Assembly: GCA_946965045.2 (NCBI GenBank)
Contig: OX337234.1
Location: forward strand, 2,976,001 to 3,040,000
DNA from: Epithemia pelagica
Taxonomy: Eukaryota; Protista; Bacillariophyta
DNA: 64,000 nucleotides
Direction: 5' to 3'
The position numbers and the translations under genes were made by a program. The notes under the pieces are model-generated. The model made no database searches and was not told the origin of the DNA. It saw nothing but the letters and a program-made list of their open reading frames with translations. Positions 34,200 to 47,400 of the stretch are shown piece by piece (within the stretch, counting starts at the first letter, position 1; the number at the start of each line of letters is the position of its first letter).

Positions 34200-35453
34200 A
34201 TGTTTTCCCCTCGCTCTATTGTGTCTGCAATGACTGTTACCGATGTAGCTGCTTTCGTGTCCTATCCAATCACCTTTATTTTGCGAGAGGCCCGAGCGGG
34301 TCGTTTGCGCAACAGTGAGGCCGTCCTGGAACGATTAAAGGCGAGCACAGATGACAATATGGGTACAGCCTTGGGCCCTCACGACTTTGTCGAAATTGTG
34401 CGCGACAATATGGACTACATTGCCACTCATTATCCCCTCGGAAGCAAGGAGTTTGGTTGGTACAGTGTGTTTCAACAATACGATCAAATGGATCAGGAGC
34501 ATGCCAAGGAGATTCAACTCATGGAATTTGACGACCGGCAAGAAACACATCGTTTGGTATACGCCATTGGTGTCAACAAACGTCTCAAACGAATTACCGT
34601 CATTTTTCGAGGGACGTATGCACAAGAAACACGCGATTGGGTCCGCAATTTGCAATTTGGGTTGGTCGAAGTACCATTGCCTAGCGTGGTCCTGGACCAT
34701 TCATCGTCAAAGGCCGACAGTACAACATCATCCGCTACTACGACACAACTCTTGGTTCACCAGGGGATTTACGAATACTTGTTTCATAATTCCGAACGAG
34801 GTTTGGATTATCCTCGGGAACGGTACGAGGAAATTATGGGTAACATTTTGACCTGTTTGAATCGCGAGGAATATCGCGATTTCAAGGTGTTTGTCACGGG
34901 ACATAGTTTGGGCGGCGCCTTGGCCTTGCTCTTGTCCTTTTTTGCCGCCGCCGATGCCCGCATTCCCAAACCCGTCACCTGCGTCTCGTTGGGTTCCCTC
35001 TTGGTTGGCGATGCCGCCTTTCAACAAGCCTTTGCCCGGTTGGAACAAGTGGGGTGGATACGACATTTGCGCATTACCAATGAACATGACCCCGTCCCCT
35101 GTTTGCCTCCCTTTACCTGGTACAAACCGGTTGGAATGCATCTTCGATTGCTGGATCAGCCATCATCATCAACAACAACAACAACAACCAGCCAGAATGA
35201 TATGCCACAAGGCCATTATTTGCAGCATGCCAGTCATGTGGACCATGTCCGAATGCCACCCATTAACAGCTTTACGTCCCTGTGGCAGTCGTATCAAGCC
35301 ACAGGGTCATTGGAAAACTTTCAAGCACCCCATCAAGTCTCGGAATACTTGAGGCGGCTCGAACGAGAAAAGTCGTTCTTGCAGGGCCAATTCCTCAATG
35401 AGTGTTATCGCCATCCCAATCATGTCGGACCCGACTTTGTCACACGATTGTAA
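34200..35453 (+). CDS. Class 3 lipase
   Basis: VIFRGT, LVHQGIY, FVTGHSLGGALA (GxSxG) and DPVP. Confidence 0.9.
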   Translation: MFSPRSIVSAMTVTDVAAFVSYPITFILREARAGRLRNSEAVLERLKASTDDNMGTALGPHDFVEIVRDNMDYIATHYPLGSKEFGWYSVFQQYDQMDQEHAKEIQLMEFDDRQETHRLVYAIGVNKRLKRITVIFRGTYAQETRDWVRNLQFGLVEVPLPSVVLDHSSSKADSTTSSATTTQLLVHQGIYEYLFHNSERGLDYPRERYEEIMGNILTCLNREEYRDFKVFVTGHSLGGALALLLSFFAAADARIPKPVTCVSLGSLLVGDAAFQQAFARLEQVGWIRHLRITNEHDPVPCLPPFTWYKPVGMHLRLLDQPSSSTTTTTTSQNDMPQGHYLQHASHVDHVRMPPINSFTSLWQSYQATGSLENFQAPHQVSEYLRRLEREKSFLQGQFLNECYRHPNHVGPDFVTRL

Positions 35454-36389
35454 CACGGAACTGGATGGAAAAATTCGTGGCCTCGCCAAAGCCAACAAGT
35501 GGGCAGGGGATCCACACCTGTACCACTGTACTGCAGGGAAGCAGGGCCTTTTGGAGACGACCAAATGACTGGATGGCGAATCCCCCCAAACACCAGTTGT
35601 GGTTGGTTCCAGAAAGGTCAAATGTTCGGACACTGTTTGTGTGTGTGCGTGGATCACAGCGGTTTGTGGAAACGTCAGATGGAATGTCATCCTGCACAGT
35701 ATCATGGACAGAGTCTGGTTTTCGGTCGTGTCCAGTGCCGTTGATCACAGTGTGGTGGGTTCGGCTTGTGGCGGGCACACACTTGGTAGTTGTAGTCGAG
35801 TGGGCGTTTGGTGTACCCCTACAATCTATCTATGCAGACTCGAGAACCAAATCTGGCAAAACAATTCTCCATGTGCCGAGTCGTTTTCTAGGTAGCTAGT
35901 GGTTCCACGAGAACCAAGCACATGGTGTCTCCTTGATAGTCTACGGAACGGAGAGTGGACACCAAGACGACCCACAACACGCAAACTCACGACGCGCCCA
36001 TGCGCTTCCACGAGAAAATGGGTCATTTGGATGACAGGCCATCCAAAGACTCACGACGAAGCAGCAAACAAGGTACTTCTAGGAAGAATCTACCGGGCTC
36101 TAGACTCTAGAGAGGAGGAGGAGTACCCAAAGACTACCCTTGGGTATTTGTGGGTTTACCTATGTTGGGCTTGTTCCGAATAGAAGAGGTGTAGCAACAT
36201 AGTGCGATCGTTTAAAATTCAAATATTTGAATTGTGCAAGTTGTCACAAAAGATCCGACAAAGGATCTTTTCGCATGAAATCACTTCGCTTCTCTTTTCG
36301 ACGACGTGTTCCCATAAAATCACAACACCTCTGTGTCTTGACCTGTCTTTTGTGTTGTGACAAGGATCAGAAGTCAGAGATCCCAAACC

Positions 36390-37811
36390 ATGGATATTCC
36401 TAGTGAAGTAACGGCCATTTTGGAGACACTGGAAGATGGTCCCAAAGGTGGGTAGTATCATTGCATCATGGAGGAGGGTTGACGGTATACACTGTTCCTC
36501 TCTCATGATTGGTGTTTCTCTCCTTCGGCGGTGTGTCCACACAATGATCTTGTAGATGTTGTCTTGAACTACATTTCCAGTTTGCAAAGTACCATTCAAG
36601 AAAAGGACAAGGAACTTGCAAGTCTCAAACCAGAGGATACTCCCATGGGCGAATCTTCCAAACCAGAATCCAATGACACGGATGATGATACCACGGACCA
36701 TGGCGTGGCCTTTCCTCCCATGTACGACAGCAGTGCCGGTGGTGAAGACTTTGACAAGGCGAGTGACTACAAACAAGAAGCGGCGGATCAAAAGGCGAGT
36801 GGCAATTGGGAAGGAGCCTTGGAACAGTATACCAAGGCCGTCTTGGCCGCCCCTCCCTCTGCCTTGCTCTATGCCAATCGGGCCATGGCACTCTTGAAAC
36901 TCGATCGTCCCAAGGCGGCCGAACGAGATTGCAATGCGGCCTTGCAAGAAAATCCCGATTCCGCCAAGGTATGTGCCTCAACATTCAGAATGCTCAGTCT
37001 ATTGTCGAGGCCTGTTTCTTCTTGTTCTGACGACGACAATGTCGACGACATCCACTTCTATTTGCCTCTTTTCTTCACTCGTTTTGCCATCGTCCTTCTT
37101 TGCGAAACAATCCCTCTACACTGGAACCAACAATCTGAAAATTCATCATTCTTCTTAAAACTTTCTGGAAACACAAAATAGGCCTTGCGCGTTCGCGGCA
37201 AGGCCCGAAAGCAATTGGAAAAGTACGAATTGGCCCTCAAAGACTTGTCGGCCAGTCAGGCCATTGATTTTGACGAAGGAACGGTGGAAGACTTGAAATT
37301 TTTGACGGAAAAGCATCAAGAAATGGAAAAGGCCGAGGCCGAAAAACGCAATCAAGAAGAAGAACGATTGCGCAAACGGGCGCAAGAAATCAAACAGGCC
37401 CAACAAGCAGCGGCAGCAGAAGAAGAACAGGAACAAGCGGCCCGGGCATCGGCCAGTGGCATGCCAGGAGGTATGCCAGGAGGTATGCCAGGTGGTATGC
37501 CTGGAATGCCCAACATGGCGGATATCATGTCGGATCCAGAACTCATGGCCGCCATGCAAAATCCCAAGGTCATGGCCGCCATGCAAGAACTCATGAGTGG
37601 TCCGGGTGGACCCATGGCGGCCATGCAAAATCCCGCCAAAGTACAAGAACTCATGAGTGATCCCGAAGTGGGACCCGTCTTGCAAAAATTAATGACCAAA
37701 TTTGCTGGAGGCGGCATGGCCGGAGGTGCAGCACCACCGGGGGCAGCAGCGCCCATGGACCAGGACGATGACGACATTCCCGATTTGGATGACTTGCCGG
37801 ATGTGGAATAA
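36390..37811 (+). CDS. ST13: Hsc70-interacting protein (HIP): TPR + GGMP repeats + STI1; exons 36390-36447, 36556-36968, 37182-37811
   Basis: TPR motifs (ALLYANRAMALLKL..P.AAERDC; ALRVRGKAR), GGMP repeats and DP/NP STI1 repeats. GT-AG introns 36448-36555 and 36969-37181 keep the frame. Confidence 0.9.
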
Positions 37812-38115
37812 GGATATCTGCTGGTTGGGTATTGGATGAAAGAAATGGGGGTCCTTCTTGTTTGGTTTGAACCGATGCAGCTAGAATGTGTAAAGGATAG
37901 TTTGGTAGTTAGACACAAGGTAGTAGGTTTGGTACCAATAAAAGGACGCCAGTACAAGCTCAGCGCTTCTGGATCAAGAGTGAACAGCCGGCTATCCTAT
38001 GCAAGAAGATTCGTCGACAGACATTTTAGATTACACTTATGGCCGTCACGAACGCTTGCACGCCTCTTCTTCCGGGAATCGAACTACTCCTATTCCTATT
38101 TCCTTTCTCTTGCTA

Positions 38116-38708
38116 AGGGCTGGGTAAGCCGATCCATGTTCGGCTAAGTAGGTTCAGTACAAAAGCTACGTAGCGTACATAAAATCCCATAGTACACGTC
38201 ATACCTGAAATGGTGGGAAGTCCGAAAAAATGCAAAAACACTCCACGACGACGGCGAGATCCGTTGATGCCGCATGCATTTACCGATGCATCGCATCAAC
38301 ATCCTACTACTGTAAGTTGTTTGAGTTTGCTAGTATTACTGTGTTCTGCAGCTACAGAAGATTTGTCGCGTTGGATCAAAGGTATACTGGTGATGTAATC
38401 CAAAAACCTTCCTAACTCATTCATTTCTCAACGGTGACTGAATCAAATTGAAACCATAGTTGCTCTAGTATTCAAGAGTATTATTCTAAAAGTGATTCAG
38501 TTAGGCTCAATTATCCATGAAGTTATTGCCATGGGGGTGATTTCTTCGACCATTGTCGAGTGATGGTTTCCGGATTGCATTGTTTCTCGTGGCAGCAAGT
38601 TTTCGATTTGTGACCATTCGCCCCACTTGTTACAGTGATGAAAATAGTACTACGTAGCTTAATGTACTGAGCCTACTTAGCCGAACATGGATCGGCTTAC
38701 CCAGCCCT
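38116..38708. mobile_element. MITE / non-autonomous TIR element, ~590 bp
   Basis: ~57-bp TIRs (AGGGCTGGGTAAGCCGATCCATGTTCGGCTAAGTAGG...AGCTACGTA) flanked by TA (38114-38115, 38709-38710). No coding capacity recognised. Confidence 0.88.
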
Positions 38709-40593
38709 TACAGTTTGGTACCGCTTGCATCTCAATCGCTCTTGTGAGAAAGAAGCTATATATGGGCTAGATGGGGCCTTTGCTCTATAGGAGTAATATT
38801 CCTATTGAAACAACAACAAGCGTTTTCGCAGGATTGTGAGACTATCGTTAGGCCGTTGGATACTACTTGCTATCCGTACGAATGTTTTTGTCACAGTCGA
38901 GAAGCTTTGGAATTTCTGTCTTGATTACTGTGAAAAGAAGATGATACTTGATCGAAATCGACATGTTCGGTCTAGAGGGCTCTTTCGAGGCGACTCTCCA
39001 ATACCGATTCCAATTCACAGCTAGAGACGTAAGTGACTCCCCTGGAAACAAAGTAGGGCTTGGATTCACGATGTTTTTTCGTAAATGACTCTATATTTTT
39101 CCATTTACGACCAAACATTGTGAACCCCCGCCCTGCCTTGTCTTGTTCGCCACCAGACGTCCCAGTGTTTTACGAAAAATATCTTTTGCGGCGGGTGTAA
39201 TCCAGTGTCCCCCTAAAAGCCAGTAACGCTTTCTCCGAGATCTCGTGCTTCCCAGAAGCCAATCCGCACTGCTCTCGCATAACTCTTGCTTCCCCAACGA
39301 TGATTTATAGGTTTGTGGGAGTCACATCACAACGACAAATTTCCTGTTGATTCAAATGGCATTCACATCGAAGATGAGGTGCAAGCCCGGATGAAAAGAA
39401 TTCAAAAAAGTTGGACGAAGTTTTCCCAGCGGGACTCGGCTCCATGGCGGGCACATCAACCTCAAGACAGAGCCTGCAACGTGTCTCGTCGAAAACTCGT
39501 ACGATTTCGTTGGGTTTCGCAAAAAGGGTGACGACGCTATACTGTGATGGCATTAAGAGCGGAATAGAGAAACAAACGAAACTATGGAAGAAGCAATCAG
39601 CTGGCAGTGCAACCAGCTGTAAGTTCCTTCAATAGTTTCGTTCCTTCTGTATCCCGCTCCTGATACCATACCGAGAAAGCGTTATCACACTCGCGTCGTC
39701 ACTCTTTTTGCTACAACTACCGCAGTTCCGCCGCTCCCGATTGGACTTGCCTTGAGGATACCGTCTCGTCTTGAATGTCTACTGAGACGCCATAAAGTTT
39801 CTAACTGGGTGGATTCATAAGTTGGAACAGTGCCCAAACTCCCAGAGGCAAGTCCAACACCATCCCCTCCGCCTGTCCCGTCTGTCCCGTACATAGAGTT
39901 TCTCCAATGGTTCTTGATTTGGATGTCCCGCCGAGCCTGACCATTCTTTGAAGTGTTCTCAACTTTTTTGAGAGGCATGAGCTTGGACTGATGCAATACC
40001 AACTTTGCGTCAGCTTAACTCAACGTTTTCCTAACGGAGCTCAAAAAGATATGCTTCGCAAGGTGAGATGTAAAACGTTTGATAATTTGTCGCCTCAATC
40101 CAAAGAGTGTGTATCGGGTGTATCAGAACCACGCTTCTATTCTTTGTGTGTGTGTAAAAAATGACGGCCAGAAAAAAAGGACCAACGAATGAACGGGGCT
40201 ATTTTGAAAAGAAACCATTGGAAACTTGATTGGGCCCGATGGGCTATACATTCAACTGTTTGGTTGGGGGTGCTTGGGGGCGTGGTCGTGATTTCAAAGA
40301 TCGGTCATGTTAACGCCAATCGTAAAGAACGGGTTTTAAGCTTATCGGAGTATCAAATAGCTGTGTCCCATAAATTTTATGGGAGTCAGCCAGATGCTCG
40401 AATTTGCTGTCTCCCATGCGAGCGCCTTAACAGAGGCTGTTTTAACCTTAAAACGCAGGTCTCATTTTTGTGACATTCAACACAGCCAAGATCATCGATC
40501 CATGTCAACAATGGCACAAGTAACCTATGAATGACCTGTCCAAGGTGAGTCTGTGTCGTCTGTGTTTACTATGTCTCTTATATAATGCTGCTT

Positions 40594-43500
40594 CTACAAT
40601 TCATGGATTTCCTCACCACTTTCATTCTCACTCTCGTTGTCTTCTTCCATAGGGGCCGAGGCTTCAATCCGTCTTCTCTTTCTTGAGAACTCCGGCGGCA
40701 GACCATGTTTCTCTCTCAAACCCAATACAAGAGGGTGATTTTTCTTTGTTGTGTACTTATATCTGCTGTCCCCTCCATCAGCCGGACGGCACATGAATAT
40801 CTCCCTGCCGTGAATTGAGTGCAGAATCTCGAAACAGGTTTTACCTGCGAATTGTGGTAGCTTATGAATCTTCCAACCATCCTCTCTTTCATCTGTGGAA
40901 TTCACCAAATGTGTGACAATTCCACATTTGGCACATTGACCGACATTCGAGTACAATCCTTTCATCCCCAATGTTTTCTTCTTCCAACGGTGCTCCAACA
41001 AACAAACAGCACACGCCAACCGTTTGTTGCCCTCCAAAGGGATTGGAAAGTGTCCATCTTCACAACTTGGTTGTGAAGGTTGTTGGGTCCGCCGCGCCAA
41101 GGCATCAACCTCTTCTGTATCTTCGTAACTGCACATAGCTTGTGCGACACACGTGTAGAAAGCATGTCTTGAAAGCTTTGTACGCCTTGAACGAATTCTA
41201 TCCCCAGCGGACATGTTCCAGGCTATGAGAGCATTGAGCAACATAATATCCATGATACCGAGGGCAGTTTTTTTATACCATTTCTTGAAATGGCCATGTG
41301 TGGCAAATCCGCCCATTTGTGACCGCATTTGGTCGCCACGGTCAATCCCCCCCATGTTGTCTTGGTATCGTATCAATGCTTGGGGGCACCTGAAGTCTTT
41401 CTTCGTTTGACCAACTTGGCGTTGTAGTTGTCCGGTCCCAACATTCTCGTAACTTGAAACAAAATTAACCACCTTAGAGTCTACCCATTGCCCGATTAGG
41501 ATTCCGTTCACTTCATCATGTCCCAGTTTCATCGTTCCACGATTGGTCTTGGTTTTTTTCAAATCCATGAGAACCTTGTTCCATCCAACACGGTTCACAC
41601 GAACAGTACCAGTAGCAAGGACTTTCAGTCGATCTCGCAAGATCACCAGGAGTTGTGGAGCGGCATACCTATTATCCATGGATAAGTGGCGGAATCCACG
41701 GGTTTCCTTGTTCAATTCCAGCGCGTAACACGCATTCACAACAGCCTTCATTGTTGTAGCAAGACGTTGTGCCTCGTGTCGGATGTATGAATTAGTAGCA
41801 TTCTTTCCCTGATATACGTCCAAATGCAAGATTGCATAGCTAGTGGACGAAGCCAGGATGAAGAAATCAACGCGGAACTTGGCTGGTTTATCCTTGTTGT
41901 ACTGCCTGACCGGGCAGTACCTCGAACGGCATCCAATACCTCCTTCGTCGAATGCCAAATCTTGTGGAATTTTGAAAGATCGTCTTGACGCAGAATTTAC
42001 AGCCTGGATGAGTCTTCACAGTTGGTAACATTTGTCACCTCCCCGTCCAGCTTCCTTCGATTCGGGGTGGAATGCTCCTCTGATTTGTCGGAATCGAGCA
42101 AGGCGCATGTATTTCGATGCCCAACCAGCACTATCTGCAATTTCCATTGCTGGAATTGCAGTTCCCAGGCTGTACATCATGTTGGAGTTGGTAAAGTAAG
42201 CTGCGTAACCACCACCATCAACGGGTCTCAAGGACATCATCAAGATGATGCCAAGAAACCGAGTCATTTCTTGCATTGTCACGTCTCTCCATTTCTGAGA
42301 ATGAAAATATCCTCGTCGTCCCATTAGGTTTGGACGGATTTTGTTGCGGAAATATTGATTCGTTGCCGCAGCCATGTCCGAAATGATGGATTTAGACAAT
42401 CCTCCAACAACTCGAAGACAGTCAAAGGGAGTATGAAATACATCTGCAATCCCCACTTTTAGACCGTCGCCACCACGAAACATCGATCTGTTGTTGCGCT
42501 CCTGCCCAACCCATGAGAAAGCATTATCAGACGAATCAACTTCCTTGAAGTGGAAGTGTAAATTGTCGATCAACACCCTCAAATTTGTTGAATTGTTGGG
42601 ATCTTCGTCGTCCGATCCTGAGGAAGCATTCTCTTCGTCAGGGTTATCCTCGTCGTCACTGTCATTGTATTCCAACAATGGATCGCTATCCCTGTGCACA
42701 GTTTCGTTTACATCTAAATCATAGCCACCAGATTCATCTTCGTCTGATGAAGAGTTGTCATTATTTGTTTCGTCGTCGGAGGCCTCGGTGGAATTGTTGT
42801 TGTTATTTACCCGCTGCTGTCGTGTCGTCCTGGAGGAGCCACCAGTACTAGCACTTCCAAAGAGACGAGTTGCAACTTCGTTAGTTGGAGTACCTCCTTG
42901 AGTACTTGGAGATAGCACTCCTTCTGGTGCAGTCATGAGTGCAGCACGACCCTGTGCACGCTCTTGAGTCGATGGCATGTTCGATGTAGAAGTCGAATGA
43001 CGACGAGGAGATCGCCTCAAAGACGCATCTGGTACATTCCTAATGGCGGCTCGGCGGCGTGCACGCTCTGCTGTGGAAGGAGGTTGAGGAGGTTCTTGTG
43101 CATTCCTGTTGTTGGTAGGATTGTTGTCGTCTACAGTGCTGTTGTTGGTAGGATTGTTGTCGTCTTGAGTGTGATTGTTCTGTTGAGATGCCGTCGTAGA
43201 GGTGTTGTTTGTTTGTTGTGAAGCCGACTGACCTGTTGCTTGCAACTGTTGGGATTGGGATGGTTGGGTCGATTGTGATGGTTGAAATGGCAGATTGGCG
43301 GGATTGTAGACTTCGATGAAGTGACGAAGTTTGGCTTTGACTGCTTTCGACGAGGTGAACTGTGTCTTGATCCAATTGTTGGGAATGTTCAAACTCGAAA
43401 TACTGCGTTTGTCCCAGACAATCGCATATATATTGTCATTCTTCTTCGAGGGACATTCCACAATTTTTCCGACAAGATGAATGTGACGGTCCGTAGGATT

Positions 43501-43842
43501 GGGTCGAAACCGACGACGGAAATCTTCCCTGAAATTATCATGGATCCAGAAGACGTCCATCGCAACGAAACTCTGCTTAGCGTATGAAAATCTTGATCTC
43601 GGGCGGGAAGATTGTCGTCGTCCAGGCAAATGTGCGACAAGACTCTCTAGCTCCGGTGAGAGCTCCATCGGGGCATTAGGCTCTCCGGCTGTTGAATTGT
43701 CGACTGGAGGTGCTGCGGTTTGAGTGTCACTGGCTTGAGTTACGACGGGTTGGTCTGCGTCTTGATCGATGAGCGGTTGCGATAAATCGGGTGGTGTCGA
43801 CTCATGGTCGTCCCACTCAATGGGAAAAGGTTGAGACGACAT
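40594..43842 (-). pseudogene. piggyBac transposase with long N-terminal extension and one in-frame TGA
   Basis: ORFs 42016-43842 and 40594-41958 are in frame (DKCYQL*RLIQ). AFDEG, MDNRY, MGGIDRGDQ (DDD triad), WYKK and a C-terminal CAVC...CAKC..H domain. Confidence 0.88.
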
Positions 43843-44143
43843 TTCCTTCCGTCCAAGTCTTCTTCACTATATAGACTTCCAGAATGGAGAGTCCTGCAAC
43901 GATCGGTTCAGAGAGACCGAATATATAAGGGCACCAAGTTGGGCTTCGGGCGAAGGAAACTGAAAATGGACAAAAATGAGGGAAATCGCCAATTTTTCAA
44001 AGCGAAATATCGCCATTATGACTTCATTTCTACTGTAGAGTATCATATATGAAGTTGTTCAGAATTGTAAGATCTATCGAACGATGAAGTTAGATTTGGA
44101 TGAAAATGGATTTTGATGAAGTTATTTGAAGTGAAAGTTAAGG

Positions 44144-44193
44144 GAGTAGCGCATAGCTGTCTCCCATATATGGGAGACAGCTATGCGCTACTC
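44144..44193. repeat. Perfect 50-bp palindrome just inside the piggyBac TIR; degenerate twin at 40360-40390
   Basis: GAGTAGCGCATAGCTGTCTCCCATA|TATGGGAGACAGCTATGCGCTACTC; twin GCTGTGTCCCATAA-ATT-TTATGGGAGTCAGC. Confidence 0.95.
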
Positions 44194-44456
44194 GATTACG
44201 ATTGGCGTTAAAGACTCGTAATCATAAAGAGTGACTATTAAGATCCTCTATACTAGAGGTCTATGTCTCGCTAAATCTTCGCTCACAAACGCGACCATTT
44301 CTCGGTCCCCTCGCGAATCCATAGTCCGCTTACTAGGGTATTCGTGCTTCATCTCTTATTCTCGTTCAGTTAGCTCCAAAACCTGCTTATAGCTCGTCTT
44401 CAATCGAGTGCAGGACGTACCCTATCCCAGAGAATCCATTCTGGTGGGAAACGCAC

Positions 44457-47400
44457 TTAATAAAGGATCATTGATGCAAGTCTCGTCCGTTCTGTACCTG
44501 TCTGAATCTTGGTCAAAAGGTCAGCAAGGTTAGTCTTAGACGGTTCAAAGGCGATACGGCAACTTCCATTCGCAACATTCTCTCTGACAAAGTGGTAAGC
44601 AATAGCATTCGATTTCTTACGCAACACCGATTCGGGTTTTGAACTGTTGAGGACCACTGACATGTTATCAACACGAATGTGTGCATGTCCTTCAAGTGGT
44701 ACTCCCATCATCCGCAACTTATACCGTAGGCCCTTTATCATCTCGATGCCCACCTTCAATGCCATGAACTCCGAACCAAACGTCGAAGTCTCAACACTGG
44801 TTTGTTTCTTACTATACCAGTTTACTGGAGACCGATTCAAAAAGATGAGAACTCCTGTCCTTGAGCGACGAGTTGCAAGGTCACCGGCATGATCGGCGTC
44901 AACAAACGCGGTCATCTGCACAGAAAGGCCAAGAGGTTCTGGAGCATCCGGTGGTAAATCTTCCTTGGCATCCGGATAGTGTGCACTCCAATCGGCAGTC
45001 TGCTCCTCACCATGAATGATGTAAGAGGGGTCAAGTACTAAGCGAGAACGGTCATGCGTATTGATGTATGCGAAAATATGAAGCATCGCATGGACATGGC
45101 CTTCTCTTGGCCCTGCAAGAAAGGCTGCCAACATTGACACTTCTGCTGTGATGTCTATCCGTCCAAGCTCGACTAGCCATCGAAGCACACCCATTTGCTG
45201 CTGGAAGAAATTCATCCAGTCACCATCACAATACGGACTAGTATCCAGTTCTGGCCTATACCCTGAAGGTAAGACTCCAGCTGTTCTTGTCTTGAATTTC
45301 ATGCCGTGCTTTTCCATCCACATGCTTACATTGCGTATGGCTTCGCTTGCATATCTTTTTGAACTCAAGGCCCAACACCTCTTTGCACTGTCACCATCGA
45401 TGTCGAACGTTTCAACTTGGTTTCCAAGATACAGTTTGGGAGGGCCGATCGAATTTGGTTTCAATAAATAATGTTGATCTAACATTGTCAAGATGTCTCG
45501 TCCCCTGTGTGAGAGCACAAGGACGTCATCGATATAAATGAAAACATACTCGTAGTATTGTGTTCCATCTGGTTTTGTTGCACGGCGTAGGTAGACATCT
45601 GGGTCTGCTCTACACGGAGAAAACCCCAAGGATTCTTGTAGGGTGGTAGAGAGATGCTCACGCCATGCAAAGGCGCTTGTTTTTAATCCGTAGAGTGTCT
45701 TGGTGATGATTGCGTATCGCCCTTCAAATTCTTTGCCGAATTCCAGACCACAGCGGGTGCAAATCTTTTCATGACAGGGCGCGTTTAGGTACGCTCCTGC
45801 AATATCGGCAGCAATGATGTCTATGTCATTGAGGGCAGCCAGAAGGAAGCCGATCCTCACACTCTCTCGACTGACGACGCTCGCGTAGGTCGGGGTTTCT
45901 GGTTCCCCTGTTTTGTGTCCGCCAGCAACATACCGAGCCTTCCGAGTGAAATCCATCTTGACATCGAAAACGATGTGGCAAGGAATAATCTGGTGGCCAA
46001 CCGGCTGTGGTGAGCCTTCATCCAAAATCTTCATGGCCGGAAAAATCTTTGACATTTCAAGTTGGAGGGCCTTAGCCCAGAAGTCGGTGCCAGTTTCCTT
46101 ATCGATTTCAAGTGCACGTTCGACAGTCTTTGGTACCTCAATACCATATTTCTGAAACTTCCGCATGTACCGTGTCGAAGTCGCTGCCTTGATCAATCGG
46201 TCACGTCTCTTTAAGGTGAAATGAACCCACCAATCAAATGCCGGTTCTTTATCTATCTGGTTGGCTATCGCATATTCTGCGACCTCTAAAGGATTTGACT
46301 CCTTGAGATCTTTTAGATGCTCCCAGCTGGAAGAGCCATCTTTCCACTGAACGCACAATGACCATCCACGTGTCGTCCTTTTCTTGTGTTCTCGCCCATT
46401 GAGCATGATCGTCCCGTTGGATGAGGTGATGGCACTCCCATCTTTCTTGTGATCTATGATCTGATCGATAATGCGGTACCGATTTCCTTCATCATTGAGT
46501 TGCTCATAAATATTCTCCGCGATCAAGTTCGCAACATATGATTCCACATGTCCGTCCTGGAATTCTACTTCATACATGGAAGTGTCCAGTATCGGGTTGG
46601 TCGATGTTCTCCCAATGAGCTTCCCATCCGCGTCTCTCTTTCTTCTCACGACTTGTCCAGGGCGTAATGAATCGCCTAATGGCAGCATGACTTTGGCTGA
46701 AATCAGCTTATCGTATGAGTCGGTAGTGTACTCATCCATCTCAGGTTTTGTCACGTCCTCCTGTTCGTCATCTTCATAGGGTTGATAATGTGGGGTTTCG
46801 GTTGCATATTCGTCGTCAACGTCGTCCCCTGGAGCGAGACCCTCCATCCTCTGGCCTAGGACTTGTCTGAGATTGTCGTCGAATTGTTCCTTTTGTGCTT
46901 GGAAACTGGGATCATGAGACTTCTCAACTGACAAGGGCCACACTGATGTTCTGTGGATTACTTTGCCTTTGTCCGTCAAGATTTTGGAACTCATGGCTTG
47001 TCCTACGCTGATACTTGGACCGAGCCAGCGCCCCAATTTTCTTCCTTCAAAGCCTGGGTTCGAATACCAGACCGGGTCATACCACTGGTGCTCTATCAAG
47101 TGGGAGATATCAGGGGTGTCCCCTGTTAGAGTCTTCATTGGAGGCCCGTCCAGATGTGGACTAGAAGATAAGACGGTATGTGAACGTCGTCTTGCCACCA
47201 ATTCCAAACAATGGTCCCATAGGACTGCCGGAGAATTCGCTCGCCTCATCTCTCTTCGGTACATTCTTTTAAGTTCCCGGATGTTGGCCTCAGCTAAATT
47301 TTGGTTGGGCGTCCACGCCTCTATCGGATGGATTTTGCATCCGTATTTGTATGCCGTCTTCCGAAAATTGCCTGTTGTGAGTTCTGGCGCATTGTCTGGG

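Larger units (their letters stand above)
40314..44207 (-). mobile_element. piggyBac DNA transposon inserted in the copia 3' LTR
   Basis: TTAA duplicated at 40310-40313 and 44208-44211. 12-bp TIRs CGCCAATCGTAA (40314-40325) and TTACGATTGGCG (44196-44207). Confidence 0.93.

Noticed and set aside
64-37957. Numerous 60-270-aa antisense or alternate-frame ORFs overlapping the called genes
   Set aside because: Shadow ORFs of long coding regions and low-complexity tracts, with no independent motifs.
39091-40002. Short minus-strand ORFs that may be a degraded gene
   Set aside because: No recognisable motif and no consistent frame.
44206-44351. Alternative LTR call with near-canonical ends (..GTTAAAG...GTGCTTCA)
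   Set aside because: Identity between the two LTRs spans CAAAGATCGG to CATTTCTC(G) only, and the GATTT TSD matches those limits.
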